Source: Mobula hypostoma
Taxonomy: Eukaryota
Reading direction: 5' to 3'
Length of the DNA: 64,000 nt
NCBI RefSeq assembly: GCF_963921235.1
Contig: NC_086097.1
Location: 179,864,001 to 179,928,000, forward strand
Part shown: positions 37,118 through 50,325 of the stretch, piece after piece
Position numbering within the stretch: position 1 is the first letter of the stretch
How the letters are laid out: the number at the start of each line of letters is the position of its first letter
Program-made: the position numbers and the translations under genes
Notes under the pieces: model-generated
The model's input: only the letters and a program-made list of their open reading frames with translations
What the model was told of the DNA's origin: nothing
Database searches by the model: none

Positions 37118-37155
37118 CAGTCTATGTTTCGGGTCCAAACCCCTCATCAGAACTG
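37118..37155 (-). ncRNA. Minimal type I hammerhead ribozyme motif
   Basis: Minus strand CAGTT-CTGATGA-G-GGGT(TTGG)ACCC-GAAA-CA-TA-GACTG: 5-bp stem I, 4-bp stem II, intact core. Confidence 0.65.
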
Positions 37156-38039
37156 GAAAGTGGGGAGATAGCTGGTATAAAGCAGTTGGGTGGAGGAGTG
37201 GAGCAACAGCTACACAGACAAAATGTCAGATGAACTCAGCAAATCAGGCAGCATCTATGGAGGGGAATAAGCAGTCGATATTTCAAGCAGCATCTCTTCA
37301 TCAGGACTGCAAAGGAAAGGGACAGAAGTCAGAATAAGAAGGGGAGAGGGGAAAAGAGGAAGGAATACAAGTTGGCAAGTGATAGGTGAGCCCAGGTGAA
37401 AGGGTAGGTGGGTGAGCTGGGTCACCACAGATGCTGCCTGACTTGCTTTGTGTATGTTGCTCAAGATTTCCAGCATCTGCAGAATCTCTTGTGTTTATGA
37501 TGTGAAGCAAAAGCTGGTGTTCTGTTCTATCTGATGATATGAACTGGGAGTAGAGGTCCAAAAGGAAAAATCCTCACATGGCCCCCATTATGTTGGGTTT
37601 GCTTGTGAGGGAGTCAGGAATCCAGGGCTGGGAAAATAGGAATTTCAAAGTGCTATAGCAACACTGTGGTTAGCACATCTCAAATCAGGCCTGTGGATAC
37701 ATCACTCATGAGGGAGGCTCACACAGGTTTATGCTCCCTCTTCAGAGCAGACACTTCCAGGCATACTACCCCAAGATCTCTGAGTAACCAGCAGTGGGCA
37801 ATATATAATGTATGCAGAGTACTGTGTGCAGTCCTTGTTACCATACCAAAGGAAGGATAGGGAGGCTACAGAAAAGATTCACAAGGACATTCCCAGGACT
37901 GGAGTTCTTGAGTTATAAGGAGAAATCAGATGTGCTGGGATTTGGAGCAAATGAGGTTGACTTTAAACAGATTTATAAAATCATGTGGGGCATAGAGTAT
38001 ATTTTTATTTTATTCTTTATTTGTTTAGGGATACAGCAC

Positions 38040-38300
38040 GCATAAGCCCTTCCAGCGCAATGAGCCACACCGCCCAGCAGCCCACCGATTTAAAACTACC
38101 CTAATCACAGGACAATTTACAACCTACTAACCAGTACATCTTTGGACTGTAGCAGGAAATTGGAGAAACTCGAGGAAACCCACGTGGTTCACAAAGAGAC
38201 CATACAAGCTCCTTATGGACGGCACCGGAATTGAACTCCCAACTCCAGAATGCCCCAGGCCATAATGGCGTTGCCCTAACCACTATGCTACCATGGCGCC
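38040..38300 (-). mobile_element. HE1/V-SINE-like tRNA SINE
   Basis: TAGCATAGTGG A box, GAGTTCAATTCC B box, ..ggagcttgtatgg..ggtttcc..aaagatgtac body; related copies at about 45950-46260, 50780-50990 and 57547-57770. Confidence 0.65.
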
Positions 38301-40087
38301 CAGGTTAGGGAAGCATCAAACTAGACGGCACAGGTTTAAGGTGAGCGGAGAAAAGATCTAAAAGGGACCTGAAGGATAACATTTTCACGCAGAGGGTGGT
38401 AGGTATGTGGAACAAGCTACCAGAGGAATTGGTCAAGGCAGGTACATTAACAACAATGAAGAAGGCTGAGGGAGGACCTCATAAAGGTTTATGAAATCAT
38501 GAGGGACATAGATAAAATGAATGGTTACTACCTTTTCCCCAGGGTAGGAACGTCTAACACGGTAAGGCATAGGATTAATTAAGGTGATTAATTAAGGAAC
38601 GATTTAAAGGGGATTTGAGGGGCAAGTTTGTCACATAGAGGGTTGGTTGACAATATTGAATGAGCTACCAGAGGGAATAGGAGAGGTGGATATAAAAACA
38701 ACATTTAAAATACATTGAGGCAGGAAATTTTTAAAGGTTTATATACCAAACACAGGCAAATGGAACTCTCAGGTCTCCTTTAAACCTTTCCCCTCTCAAC
38801 TTAAACGATGCCATCTGGCTTTAGACTCTCCTACCCTGGGAAAAGGACTGTGACCAATCACATATCAAAACTCCTCATGATTTTATAACCCATGATAAAG
38901 TCACCCCTCAACCTCTTTCACCCAAGGGAAAACAGTCCCAGGCTGTCCAGTCTCTCCTTATAACTCAATCCCTCCTATCCTGGCAACCTCCTCATTGGTC
39001 TTTTCTGCACTTTTCCAGCTTAAACTGCAGAATCTGCTTCTAAACTCTGGCTGGTTATCTTGAAAACAACTAAAAAGATTATTATTGACCACTCTGAAAC
39101 AACCCTTTTAGTCACAGATCTTCCACTGGAGGCTGTGTTTTAGTGTACAACATACAGGATTTGCTTTGATACTGGAGTGATTCTGACAGGCTGCATCACT
39201 GTCTGGTATGGGGGTGGGGAGCTACTGCACAGGACTGAAAGAAATTGCAGAGGGTTGTAAATTTCGTCAGCTCCATCTTGGGTACTAGCCCAGTTTCTGT
39301 CTTTGCACAATTTTTAATCTATTCAATATATGTATACTGTAATTGATTGATTTATCATTTTTCTTCTTCTATATTATGAATTGCATTGAACTGCTGCTGC
39401 TAAGTTAACAAATTTCTCCATACATGCCAGTGATAATAAACCTGATTCTGACTGTGCTCAGAAAAGTCAAATCTGCCCACTGGACGAAACATTCACCCAG
39501 TTTTAAAGAAGCCGCACCGCAACCTTAGTCAACAATTGAGTTCAAGATTCAGGAAGTTATGTTGCATCTTTGTAAAGCTCTGGTTAGGCTTTATCTGGAG
39601 TACTGCATTCATTTCTGGTCACCCCACTGTCGGAAGGATATGGAGGCATTGGAGAGGATGCAGAAGAGGTTTACCAGAATGCTGCCTGGATTAGAGGGTA
39701 GACGCTCTAAGGAGAGGTTGGACAAACTTAGGTTGTTTTCTCTGGAAAGGAAAAGGCTGAAGGGAGATGTGACAGAGGTTTATTAGATTATGAGAAACAC
39801 AGAAAGAGTAGATACTTGGCATCTTTTTCCTAATACTTGAGGTCATGCTTTTAAGGTGAGAGAGGGAATGTTCAAGGGAGGTATTCAGAGCAAACTTTAT
39901 TACAGAGAGTGGTGGATCCCGGGAATGCATTGCCTGGGGTGGTAGAGCCAAATACAATAGAGGCCTTTGAGAAACTCTGGAATAGGCAGGTGAATGCACA
40001 GGAAATGGAGGGATATGGACATTGTGCAGGCAGAAGAGATTAGGTTAGTTAGATGTTTAATTACTAGTTTAATGAGTCTGGCACAAC

Positions 40088-40208
40088 GAAGGGTCTCGGC
40101 CTGAAACGTCGACTGCACCTCTTCCTATAGATGCTGCTTGGCCTGCTGCGTTCACCAGCAACTTTGATGTATGTTGCTTGAATTTCCAGCATCTGCAGAA
40201 TTCCTGTT
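40088..40208 (+). mobile_element. Short Penelope-derived insert with a 5'-clipped hammerhead, 12-bp TSD
   Basis: TSD gtctggcacaac at 40076-40087 and 40209-40220; gaagggtctcggcctgaaacgtcgactg. Confidence 0.75.
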
Positions 40209-40301
40209 GTCTGGCACAACATTGTAGGCTGAAGAGCTTGTTCCCATGTTTTATGTACTAGTTAGTCATGCTGTGAAGGGAGGTAGCAGCAACACACTTA
40301 C

Positions 40302-40436
40302 GTGAACAGCTGGGGTGGCCGTAGTAACCGTCTGCGCACTGGCTACAGGTTGGTCCCATATAGTTTGGATGGCACTGACATCGTCCAGCAGCATCACAGT
40401 TGTTGTTTACCGATCCCAGAGGGTTGCAGGAACAGG
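40302..40436 (-). CDS. LAMA3: LE-domain exon (135 nt, phase 1-1): ACSCNPLGSVNNNCDAAGRCQCHPNYMGPTCSQCADGYYGHPSCS
   Basis: gatttgcag acceptor, gtaagt donor, 8-Cys LE pattern. Confidence 0.92.
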
Positions 40437-43029
40437 CTGCAAATCAGTCATCGGCACAGTGAGCAACAAGGGAAGATGCCGGCGCAGACATTATAGCAAA
40501 GACACGATCGAGCTGCAGAGGGCGCGGAAGAGACTTACAATGATGTTGCCTGAATTGGAGAGCCTGAGTCACAGGGAGAGGTTGTCCATGCTGGATCTTT
40601 ATTTCATGGAACAGAGAATGAGGGGTGATCTCAAAGAAGCTTATAAAACCATGGGTGCACAGTCAAAGTCTTTCCCCCAATGTTTGGGAGTGTAAAACTA
40701 GAGGGCACAGGTACAAGATAAGAGGGGAGAGATATAAAGACCTGAGAGCTAACTTTACGTGCAGCAAAGTGAGTATCTGGAATGAACTGCCAGATGAAGT
40801 GGTCAAGACGGGTCCAAATGCAACATTTCAGAGGTGTTTGGACAGGTATGTGGAGGGAAAGCATGTGGAAGGTTATGGGCTGAACATGGGCAACTGGCAC
40901 GAACCACCTGATCAGAAGGGTGTTTCCATTTGTGACTCTATGACTCTCTATAATAACACCCTTCTTTGACAGCTACAACTCCAAAAACTCTCACCATGCT
41001 CCACACCATTCCGGACCTGGCATCCCATTGGATAGACCTCCCCCCCCACATCTACTATCCTATACATTCATTTCCTGTACAATATCCACTGTGGTTATCT
41101 GCCAACAAACCATGACATGGGTGTGACTTTGCAGTTGCATTCCTGTGCCAATGTGCAAAGGTCTGAACTGGGAGACATGTATTTGAATCCCCTTGTACTT
41201 AAATTCAAGCTAGACTGAGTGTTGGTGACGGTGTAACTATTGGATTATTTTAAAGCCCTGCCTGATTTAGGGAGGGAAATCCACAGTCATTACCCTGACT
41301 CAGTATGTCAGTAAACATCTCGACAGTGCATGGCAACAAGACAAGGACAAAAAAAGTCAGCAACATCAGAGATCGTACCTAACGAAAAAAATCTTAAGCT
41401 CAACTTTCAGGGGAAAGTACACAGTTAATGTCAGGATCCATGTTGTATCTCGGGGTGGAAATGCGTAACCCCTTGAAAGTGGCCACACAGCTAGGTAGGA
41501 TGGGAAAGAAGGCGTACGGCAACGATTGCCTTCATTGGTAGGGATATTGCATCTGGTAGTCATGTGGAAGCTGTATAAAATTTTGGATAAGCAGCTTTTC
41601 AAGTACTGTGTACAGTTCAGGTCACTATTACATGGAGGATCTGGGTCTTTGGGGAGCATGCAGGATACTGCCTAGACTAGAGGAGCTGAGGTGTCAGGAG
41701 CGGTTGGACACACCTGGGTTATTTTCTCTGGAGTGTGAATGCTGAGGGGGAGACCTGACAGAAGTTTATTAAGACCTGACATAAGTTACTTGTATTAGAT
41801 TATGAGAGGCATAGGTAGGGTAAATAGTTTTTTTCCAGGGTAGAAATGTCAAATACCAGAGGACATGGATTTAAGGTGAGGGGGGAAAAGTTTAACAGAG
41901 ATGTGTGGGACAAGTATTTTACACAGAGAGTGGTGGGTTCCTGGAACAGGCTGCCAGGTGTAGTGGTGGTCGCAGATACAACAGTAGTGTTTATGAGGCT
42001 TTTAGACAGAGACATGAATGTGCAGGGAATTGAGGGATGTGGATCATGTACAGGCAGAAGAGATTTGATTTAATTTGCCTTTATTTCAGCATGATATTGT
42101 GGGCTGTAGTGTTCTATATTCTGTCCTAACTCAACAGAAGGCCCATGGCAATACTTCCTCTTGGTAACACAAACCCCAACTTGGAAGTGCATCGCTGGTC
42201 CTTCATCAATACTGGGTCTAAACCCTGAGGTTCCTCCCCAATGTCACCATGAAGGGCTGCAGGCGTTGAAGAAGGCAGATCACCCCCACCACCTCGGGGC
42301 AGTTCAGGATACAGTAAGTGCTGGTTTTGTCAGTGAGCTCAAAATCCAAAGGTGTCAGGTGGGGCTCAAGAAGCAACACTTTGGTCTTTGAGTTTAATTC
42401 TCTGTACCAGTGTTAGAGACAGCATCCCTCCGTCAGACAATAACCAGAGAACCCTTACCCCACCTACCCCGTCACTTTTAGGGAGGTACGTAATTGACCT
42501 CTTTACTCATCAACGCTGGTAAGGATCCAGCTATTTGGTATCTCTCTTTGCACTGGATCTCCCCAATGCAACACCTCACACTTGCCCCGATTAAACTCCA
42601 TCTGCCACTTTTCCATCGGCAAATGCTCGACATCTTAGTGTCAGAGGTCGAAGCCCCTGGGTCAGCATGTCCAGATGTCGGAGGGCCTGATGTCTATGGG
42701 CCTGGAGGTGGCCTGTCCTGGGGTTGGAGGCCGATCTGTATGTGTGAGCAGGTGGGTGGGTGGATGGGAGGAAGAAGAGAGGCTTGCTTTGCTGCTGTTG
42801 TTTTGTTTTGTTCTGCTGAACATTCTGGGCACGCTGTGTTGGCACCGGAATGTGGGGCCACACTTGCGGGCTGCCCCCAACACATCCTGAGTTGGTTGTT
42901 AACACAACAACACAATATTTCACTGCGTGTTTCAATGTACATGTGATAAATAAATGAACCTGAATCCTCACCAACACAATCGGACAACAGGGGAGTTGTC
43001 CTACCTTCCTGATCAACTTTAACCCCTCC

Positions 43030-44070
43030 ATGTCCATAATTGGTGGACTTCCGCAGGGACCTGTGCTGGGACCTCTGCTGTTTGTGATGTATATAAATGA
43101 CCTGAACGAAAATGTAGATGGGGACTGGAGGTGAGTAAATTTGTGGATGATACCAAGATTGGTGGAGTTGTAGATAATGTAGAAGACTGGCAAAGAATAC
43201 AGTGTGATGTAGATCAGTTGCAGAAATGGGCAGAGAAATGGCAAATGGCGATTAACCCAGATAAATGTGAGGTGTTGTGCCTTGGTCAGGCAAATTCAAG
43301 GAGACAGTACACCATTAAGGGCAAAATCCGAAACAGTGTTGCTGAGCAGACAGACCTTGGGATCCAAGCTCACAGCTCCTTGGAAGTGGCTGCACAGGAC
43401 AATAGGGTGGTTAAGAAGGCTTATGGAATTGCTTGCTTTTGTTAGTCAAGGCATTGAGTTAAAAAGTCAGGAGGTTATGTTGCAACATTATGAAACTCTG
43501 GTTAGGCCACATCTGGAGTAGTGCATACTGTTCTGGTCACCCTGCTATAGGAAGGATTTTGAGGCTTAGGGAGAGGGTGCAGAAGAAGTTCACCAGGATG
43601 ATGTCTGGGTTAAAGGAAATGTGCTATCTCGAGAGGCTGGATAAACTTGGGTTGTTTTCTCTGGAGCAGCCGAGGCTGAGGGGAAATCTGACAGAGGTTT
43701 ACAAGATTAGGAGAGGCAAAGATAGAGTAGACAGAGAGTATCTGTTTCCCAGGGTTGAAATGTCTAATACCGGGGGCATGCATTGAAGGTGAGAGGGGGT
43801 AGGTTCAAGGGGGATGTGAGGGGTAAGTTTTTCACTCAGAGAGTCATGGATGCCTGGAATGTGCTGCCTGTTGTGGTGGTCGAGGCAAATACATTAGAGA
43901 CGTTTGGATAGGCACATGGATGCAAGGAAGATGGAGGGATGTGGACATGGTGTAGGTAGGAGGGATTAGTGTTAGGGTGTTTTTGATTTTTTTTTTAGCT
44001 TGTTCAGCACAGCACTGTGGGCCAAATGGCCTGTTCCTGTGCTGCACTGTTGATGCTCTATGTTCTACAT
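43030..44070 (+). mobile_element. CR1 LINE 3' fragment (RT)
   Basis: SKFVDDTKIGG, LQKWAEKWQM, ETLVRPHLE, CR1 3' UTR. Confidence 0.8.
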
Positions 44071-44531
44071 GTGGCACCAAACCCAAGATCTGGTCATTGT
44101 CAGATCACAGGGAGCGTGCTGTGCACTTCCAATTTACAGCAGCAGACGCAATTCCAAATGTATTTTTGCCGGCCCCTGATGTTTGCAGCACGTGGAGGCT
44201 GGAAGATGCCAGAGGAACTCTGAGTCAGGCAGCAACTGTGGAGGGAAATGGGGCAGAACCCAAAACATTAACCATCCATCTCCCCTTACAGGTGTTGCCT
44301 GACCCACCAACTTCCTCCAGGAGTCTGTATGTTGCTCCAGGTTCCAGCATCCAGTCTCTTTTGTCTCCTGAGTGTGCAAGGGCTGTGTTATGAAAGCAAA
44401 CCTTTGTTTAAAACTTCACTAAACATTGACAAACAATGCAGACCATCCTGTAGATATGAACAAGGCCTGTGTGTGACAGGATACAACTCTGATTCCAGGC
44501 GATCACAAGATGTATCAATGCCAGTTCCTAC

Positions 44532-44666
44532 CTCGGCAGTAGGGGAAGGAGTGATAACCCACTTGACAGCGGTTGCACTGAGGGCCCCCGAACTCTGCTC
44601 GACAGAGGCACTTCCCGAGGTCATCGCACACCCGAGGCAGAGTTCCAAACCCGCTACAGAGACAGG
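44532..44666 (-). CDS. LAMA3: LE-domain exon (135 nt, phase 1-1): SCLCSGFGTLPRVCDDLGKCLCRAEFGGPQCNRCQVGYHSFPYCR
   Basis: ctctcgttctgcag acceptor, gtagga donor, 8-Cys LE pattern. Confidence 0.92.
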
Positions 44667-45297
44667 CTGCAGAACGAGAGTCACATCACACATTGGTCAG
44701 TAAACGGGCAGCAGTGGAATGTGTACACGTGACAGGAGAGGCTAAGTTAATGGATTAGCAGTCAGAATGCTGAACCACTGATCTACAAACCACTGTTCAA
44801 ATCCCACTAACACAACCTCTACTCTCACCCTAATGCTCACCCCTCGCCAACTTATCCAGATACACCATGGAGAGCCTCCTGTCCCGACGCATTTCAGCTT
44901 GGAATGGCAGCTTTTCCACCCATGAGCACAAGAAACTGCAGAGAGTTATAGACACAGCCCAGTACACCCATGGGAACCAGCCTGCCCTCTACGGACTCTA
45001 TCTATACTTCTCACTGTCTCAGTAAAGCAGTCAACATAATCAAAGATCCCACCCACCCCACTGGGTGGTCACTATATGGAACGAGCTGCCAGAGAAGGTG
45101 GTTGACACAGGTACAATAACAACATTTAAAAGGTACTTGGACAGGTACATAGATAAGAAAGTTTCAGAGGGATATGGGCCCAACGTGAGCAAATAGGACT
45201 TGCTTAGATGTGAACCATGGTTGGCATGGACCAGCTGGGCCAAAGGCCCTGTTTCTGTGCTGTATTACTCAATGAGTAAGTTATTTAAATGTGAAGC

Positions 45298-45721
45298 TGT
45301 CACAGCCACAGATTCGGCAGCGCAGTAGATACAGCAATTGCACTCGTGAATTTGCACGTCAGCTAATTATTATTTAATCGTTATAGTATTTAACTCCATA
45401 CTTGTCATTGTAGTGCTTGTCGAGACTTGGACAGAGCGCAGCAATGCTTCGCTGCCTGTTTGCTTTCAGCCTTCCCTGAGAAACTGGACTTTCGAGTCTA
45501 CTGATTCTGAAGTCTAGTGGTATTTGTTTAATGTTTAGATTTTCTTTTCAGCCGCAGTGTAGGCTTCGTTTCCCATTTGAGAGTTTTAGTTAACGGCCCT
45601 ATTTGTTCTAGCGTTTATTGTTTATTTTCCCTTTAACACTGTTTACATTATAGTTTGTGAACTATCGACCTGCTTCAGTGTCTCTCACTCCGCACTTGGG
45701 ACATGTCTGCACCGGGTAACA
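45298..45721. mobile_element. Solo LTR (424 bp)
   Basis: TGTCAC...GTAACA termini; 5-bp TSD gaagc/gaagt (mismatch explained by CpG decay). Confidence 0.65.
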
Positions 45722-46599
45722 GAAGTGTTAACTCGATTCCTTTCTTGACAGATAATACCTGGATTGAACACTTCAAGCACTTTCCTTTCTTATTTCAGAT
45801 TTCCAGCATCTATCTGCAGTTTGTTCAATTTTCACTGTTTTTTTCCCCCTTGCCCTGAGGATCTCCTGTTACAGAACAATTGGGTCCACTATTCAGCAAT
45901 GTGAACCATGGAGGGCACTGCCTTTGAGCCCACAGAGTTCCTACTGGCTGACCACAATAGTGTAGTGGTTAGCACAACACTTACAACACCTGTGATCACC
46001 GATTGCGGTTCAATCTGCACCGCTGTCTGTAGAGTTTGTATGTTCTCCCCTCTGGGTGCTCTAGTTTCCTGCCACAACCCAAAGATGAATAGTTAGGGTT
46101 GGTGAGTTGTAGGCTTACGATGTTGGTGGCAGAAGCATGGCAACACTTACGATTGCCCCCCCGGCACATCTCGGACTGTGATGGCCATTGACACAAACAA
46201 CACATTTCACTGTTTGTTTCAATGTATATGTGACAAATAAAGTTAATCTTTGATCTTTATTCCATCCCTTTTCAATGGCACTAACATCTGCAAGTGGCAG
46301 CTGAACTGAATGGAAACAAATCCCTGCAGTGGGCTCAAGATCAAGTTTACTTTCATGGGCACATACCATATGACAGCTCACTTTCCGCAGCAGGAGCACA
46401 ATATATTGCAAATATGGTAAACATCAATTAACGTAAACATTAGTTAAAATAAATTATACTTAACCTTTATCATAAAATACACAAAATTAGACAAAGGCAC
46501 TAATGCAAATTAAGAAGTACAAGATCAATAGAGTCTGTGGTAAAATTGGGGCTTTCCAGGTCAGTTCAAGAATTGGAAGAGAATTTGGAAATGGCGTAT

Positions 46600-48720
46600 T
46601 ATTAACACAAGATGTCTGCAGACACTGGAAATCCAAACCAACACATACAAAATGCTGGGGGAGCTCGGCAGATCAGGCTGCATCTATGAAAATGAATAGA
46701 CAGTTGATGTTTTGGGCCGAGACCCTTCTTCAGGACTGAAAAGGAAGAGCAGAGATGCCACAATAAAAGGTTGGGAGAGGGGAAGGAGGGAAGGAGGACT
46801 AGCTGGAAGATGATACATGAAACTAGGTGGGTGGGAAAGGTCAAGGGCTGAAGAAGGAGGAATATAATAGGAGAGGAGTGTAAACCATGGGAGAAAGAAA
46901 GGAACCGGGGCTCCAGGGGTAGGTCATAGGCAGGTGAGGGGAAGAGGTAAGTGTTCAGAGAGGAGAATAGAAGCAGAAGGAAAGGGAAAAGAAAGAAAAA
47001 AAAATATTTTTACCAGAAGGAGGAATTGGTATTCATGCCATCATGTTGGAGGCTACCAAGATGGAATATGAGGTGTTGCTCCCCCACCCTGACAGTGGCT
47101 TCATTACGGCAAAAGAAGAGGCAATGGACAGACATGTCAGATCGGGAATGGGGATAGGAATCAAAATGGTTGGCCACCGGGAAATTCCACTTTTGGTGGA
47201 TGGAGCGAAGGCGCTTGACAAAACGGTCCCCCAGTTTATATTGCATCTCACCAATGCAGAGGAGGCCCCAACATATTTGCAGGTGGAGTGATGCCTCACC
47301 TGGAAGGACTGTTTGAGGCCCTGAATGGAGGTGAGGGAGGAGGTGAATGGGCAGATGTAGCATTACTGGTGGCCAGGAGGTAGGTTAGTGGAGACGGATG
47401 AATGTGTTTGATAGTAGGATCCTGCGAAAGTTGTGGAGAATGATGTTGGATACAGAGGCTCATGGGGTGGTAGATAAGGACAAAAGGAACTCTACCACTG
47501 TTAAGGTGGCAGGAAGGTGTGGTGAGTGAAGATGTCTGGGAAACAGAGGAGATGCAAGTGAGGGCAGTATCAATGGTGAAGGATGGGAAACCCCATTCTT
47601 TGAAGGATGACCTCTCTGATGTCCCGGAAAAGAAAGTCTCATCCTGGGAACAAATGCAGCAGAGACGAAGGAACTGAGAAAAGGGAAGAACATTTTTCTT
47701 AACAGGAGTCAGAGTGGGAAGAGATATAATTGAGATAGCTGTGGGAATTGGTAGGTTTATAAAAGATATTGGTAGACAGTTTGTCTCCAGAGATGGAGAA
47801 AGAGAGATCGAGAAAGGGGAGAAAGGCATGAGAAATAGACAAGGTGAATTTAAGGGGAGGGTGGAAGTTGATGAAATTGGTGAGCTTAACATTGGTGCAT
47901 GAAGCAGCACCAATGCAGTTGTCAGTGTAGTGCAGGAAGAGTAGGGGACCATATCCAGGAAAGGCTTGGAACGTGGACTGTTCCATATAGCCAACAAAAC
48001 GTTAGGGCCCATGTGGGTGCCCGTGGCTAGTCCTTGTGTGTGAAGAAAGTGAGAGAAGCTGAAGGCAAAATTGCTGGAGGTGAAGACTAGTTCTGACAGA
48101 TGGAGGAGGGTGGTGAGGGGAACTGGTTGGATCTTTTGTTGAGAAAGAAGTGGAGAGCTTTAAGGTCTTCTTGATGGGGGATAGAAGTATATAGGAACTG
48201 GACACCCATGTTGCAAATGAGGTGGTCAGGGCCAGGGAATTGAAAGTTTTTGAGGAGATCAAGAGCATGTCAAGTGTCGCAGATGTAGATGGGAAGGGAT
48301 TGAACCAAGGCAATAGAGTGGAGTTGAGGTATGCTGACACAAGTTCAGTGGGACTGGAGCAGGCAGGAACAATGGGCCGACCTAGACAGGCAAGTTTGTG
48401 GATCTTGGGTCGGAGTTAGAAACGAGCAGTGTATGGTAAAGGAACAATGAGCTTGGATGGGAGTTCTCCAGAATTGATGAGGTTAATGATGGTGTCAGAG
48501 ACAATCTTCTAATGGTCCAGAGTGGGGTCCTTTTCAAGAGGTAAGTAAGTGGAGGTGTCTGAGAGTTGCTGCCTGGCTTCAGCAAGATACAGGTCAGCCC
48601 ACCACACTACAACAGCACCCCCTTTGTCTGCAGGTTTGATGGTAAGGTTGTGATTGGTATTGGTGCTGAGAGAGTGGAGTGCAGTGAGTTCACAGGGGGG
48701 TAAGGTTCAAGGAGGAGAGA
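46600..48720 (-). mobile_element. Degenerate Penelope-like element (RT, GIY-YIG endonuclease, terminal repeat with hammerhead motif)
   Basis: GT.MGP, FLHYTDNCIG (YIDD equivalent), LPFLDL, FYKPTNSHSYL, IGE...LGDRF, VANHF, EQHLIFHLGSLQ.DGMN; hammerhead-like motif at 46701-46738. Confidence 0.8.
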
Positions 48721-50187
48721 GGAGCACTGAAGTTGAGCATTCAGTTTATTATCATCACATGTACTAAGGTAGAGTGAGAAACTTGTCTTGCATACTGTTC
48801 ATACAAATCAGTCCATTACACAGTGCACTGAAGTGGTGGGTAAATTGCCATTGTTGAATCTTGAGGTGTGGATCTTTAGCACCTCCTACCTGATGGCATC
48901 GAGAACAGGGCATGGCTCAGATAGTGGGGCCTCCTGATCATGGATGCTATCCTCCTGAGACATCAGCTCTTGTAGACGTCCTCAATGGTGGAGAGCACCC
49001 ATGAACCTGCTGAATCCACCACTCAGCAGGGTGAAAAGAATTTCTACTCATCATAGTTAACTGACCAGACTACTAGCAATTAAACAGTCTGGTAATCCTG
49101 TCATTTGACTGTTAAATGATGTGCAATGGACAGATCGTCATACTTACTCTAAAGTTCCAAACTTTGCAGATGACCATTCATTATCCAAGTGTAGCAACAC
49201 CGGGAACAGAAGTCCATCGTCCAATAACTGGGCTAACCTCAGCCTCGGTTCCATTCCCCTACCAACACCCCTGTAGCATGGATCACTGCCCATAAATCTA
49301 TCCAAAGTCGTGTTGAGAACTGCAAGTTCCTCGGACTGAACATTACCAAGTGTGTACTTGTCCAAACACATTGACATCGCAGACAAGGCAGCTCACCAGC
49401 ACCTCAACTTCCTCAGAGACTAAAGAAATTTTGGCCCTCACCAATTTTTATCAATGCACCACAGAAAGCATCCTATCCAGATGCATCATGGCTTGGTTTG
49501 GCAACTGCTCTGCCTGGGATCACAAGAAACAGCAGAGAGTTGTAGACATAGTTCAGCACACCATGGAAACCAGCTTTCCCTCCATATTAGCTCAGTAAAG
49601 ACCCCTTCTACTCCCCTCCCCCCCCACCAACATTCCCTCTTCTTCCCCCCTTCCTATCGGACAGAAGATACAAAAGCCTGAAAGTACAAACCACCAAACT
49701 CAAGAGCAGCTTTTAATTCCACTGTTATAAGACTCTTGAACAGTCTCCTTGTACAATAGGTGGGCTCTTGTCTACACAATCTGTCTTGTTATGCCCTTGA
49801 ACCTTAATGTCTTCCTGCTCTTCATTTTCTCTGTGACAGTGCACTTCGTTCTGCTTTCTGCCATTGTTTTCTCTTCTACTACCTCAATGCACTATGGTAA
49901 TGAATTGATCTGTATGAACAGTTTGTAAAACACAGTTTTTCACTGTACCTCAATAATAAAACATTTACCATTTTATGATTACAGCCAGTATTTGGACTTC
50001 CACGGCTCTCCAGGTAAGTGATGCCATGCATTCGCGTTGACATTTCTACAAGTCTAAACAATGTCTGCTCCTGGACAGAAGCATTAAAACACAATTCCAA
50101 GGCAGGCGTAAAACTGACAGATGGAAATAGAAAACCGTTACTCATCACATGTAGGCAGGCTCTCTCTGGATAGGAATGGTTACTTAC

Positions 50188-50325
50188 ATTTACAGGAGGG
50201 GAACTGGAAATGCCCAGGCGAACACCTTTCACAGAAGTACCCTTCAAACCCTCTTCGACACAAGCACTGCCCAGTGTTTGGGTCACACACTTGGGGAGAC
50301 ACACCAGCATGGTAACATCGGCACT
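50188..50325 (-). CDS. LAMA3: LE-domain exon (138 nt, phase 1-1): QCRCYHAGVSPQVCDPNTGQCLCRRGFEGYFCERCSPGHFQFPSCK
   Basis: attttgcag acceptor, gtaagt donor, 8-Cys LE pattern (hand translation). Confidence 0.93.

Noticed and set aside
49144..49386. Minus-strand ORF ending at a gtaagt donor
   Set aside because: The opposite strand is a decayed LINE RT (FADD, KFLGL), and the flanking laminin exons already join in frame.
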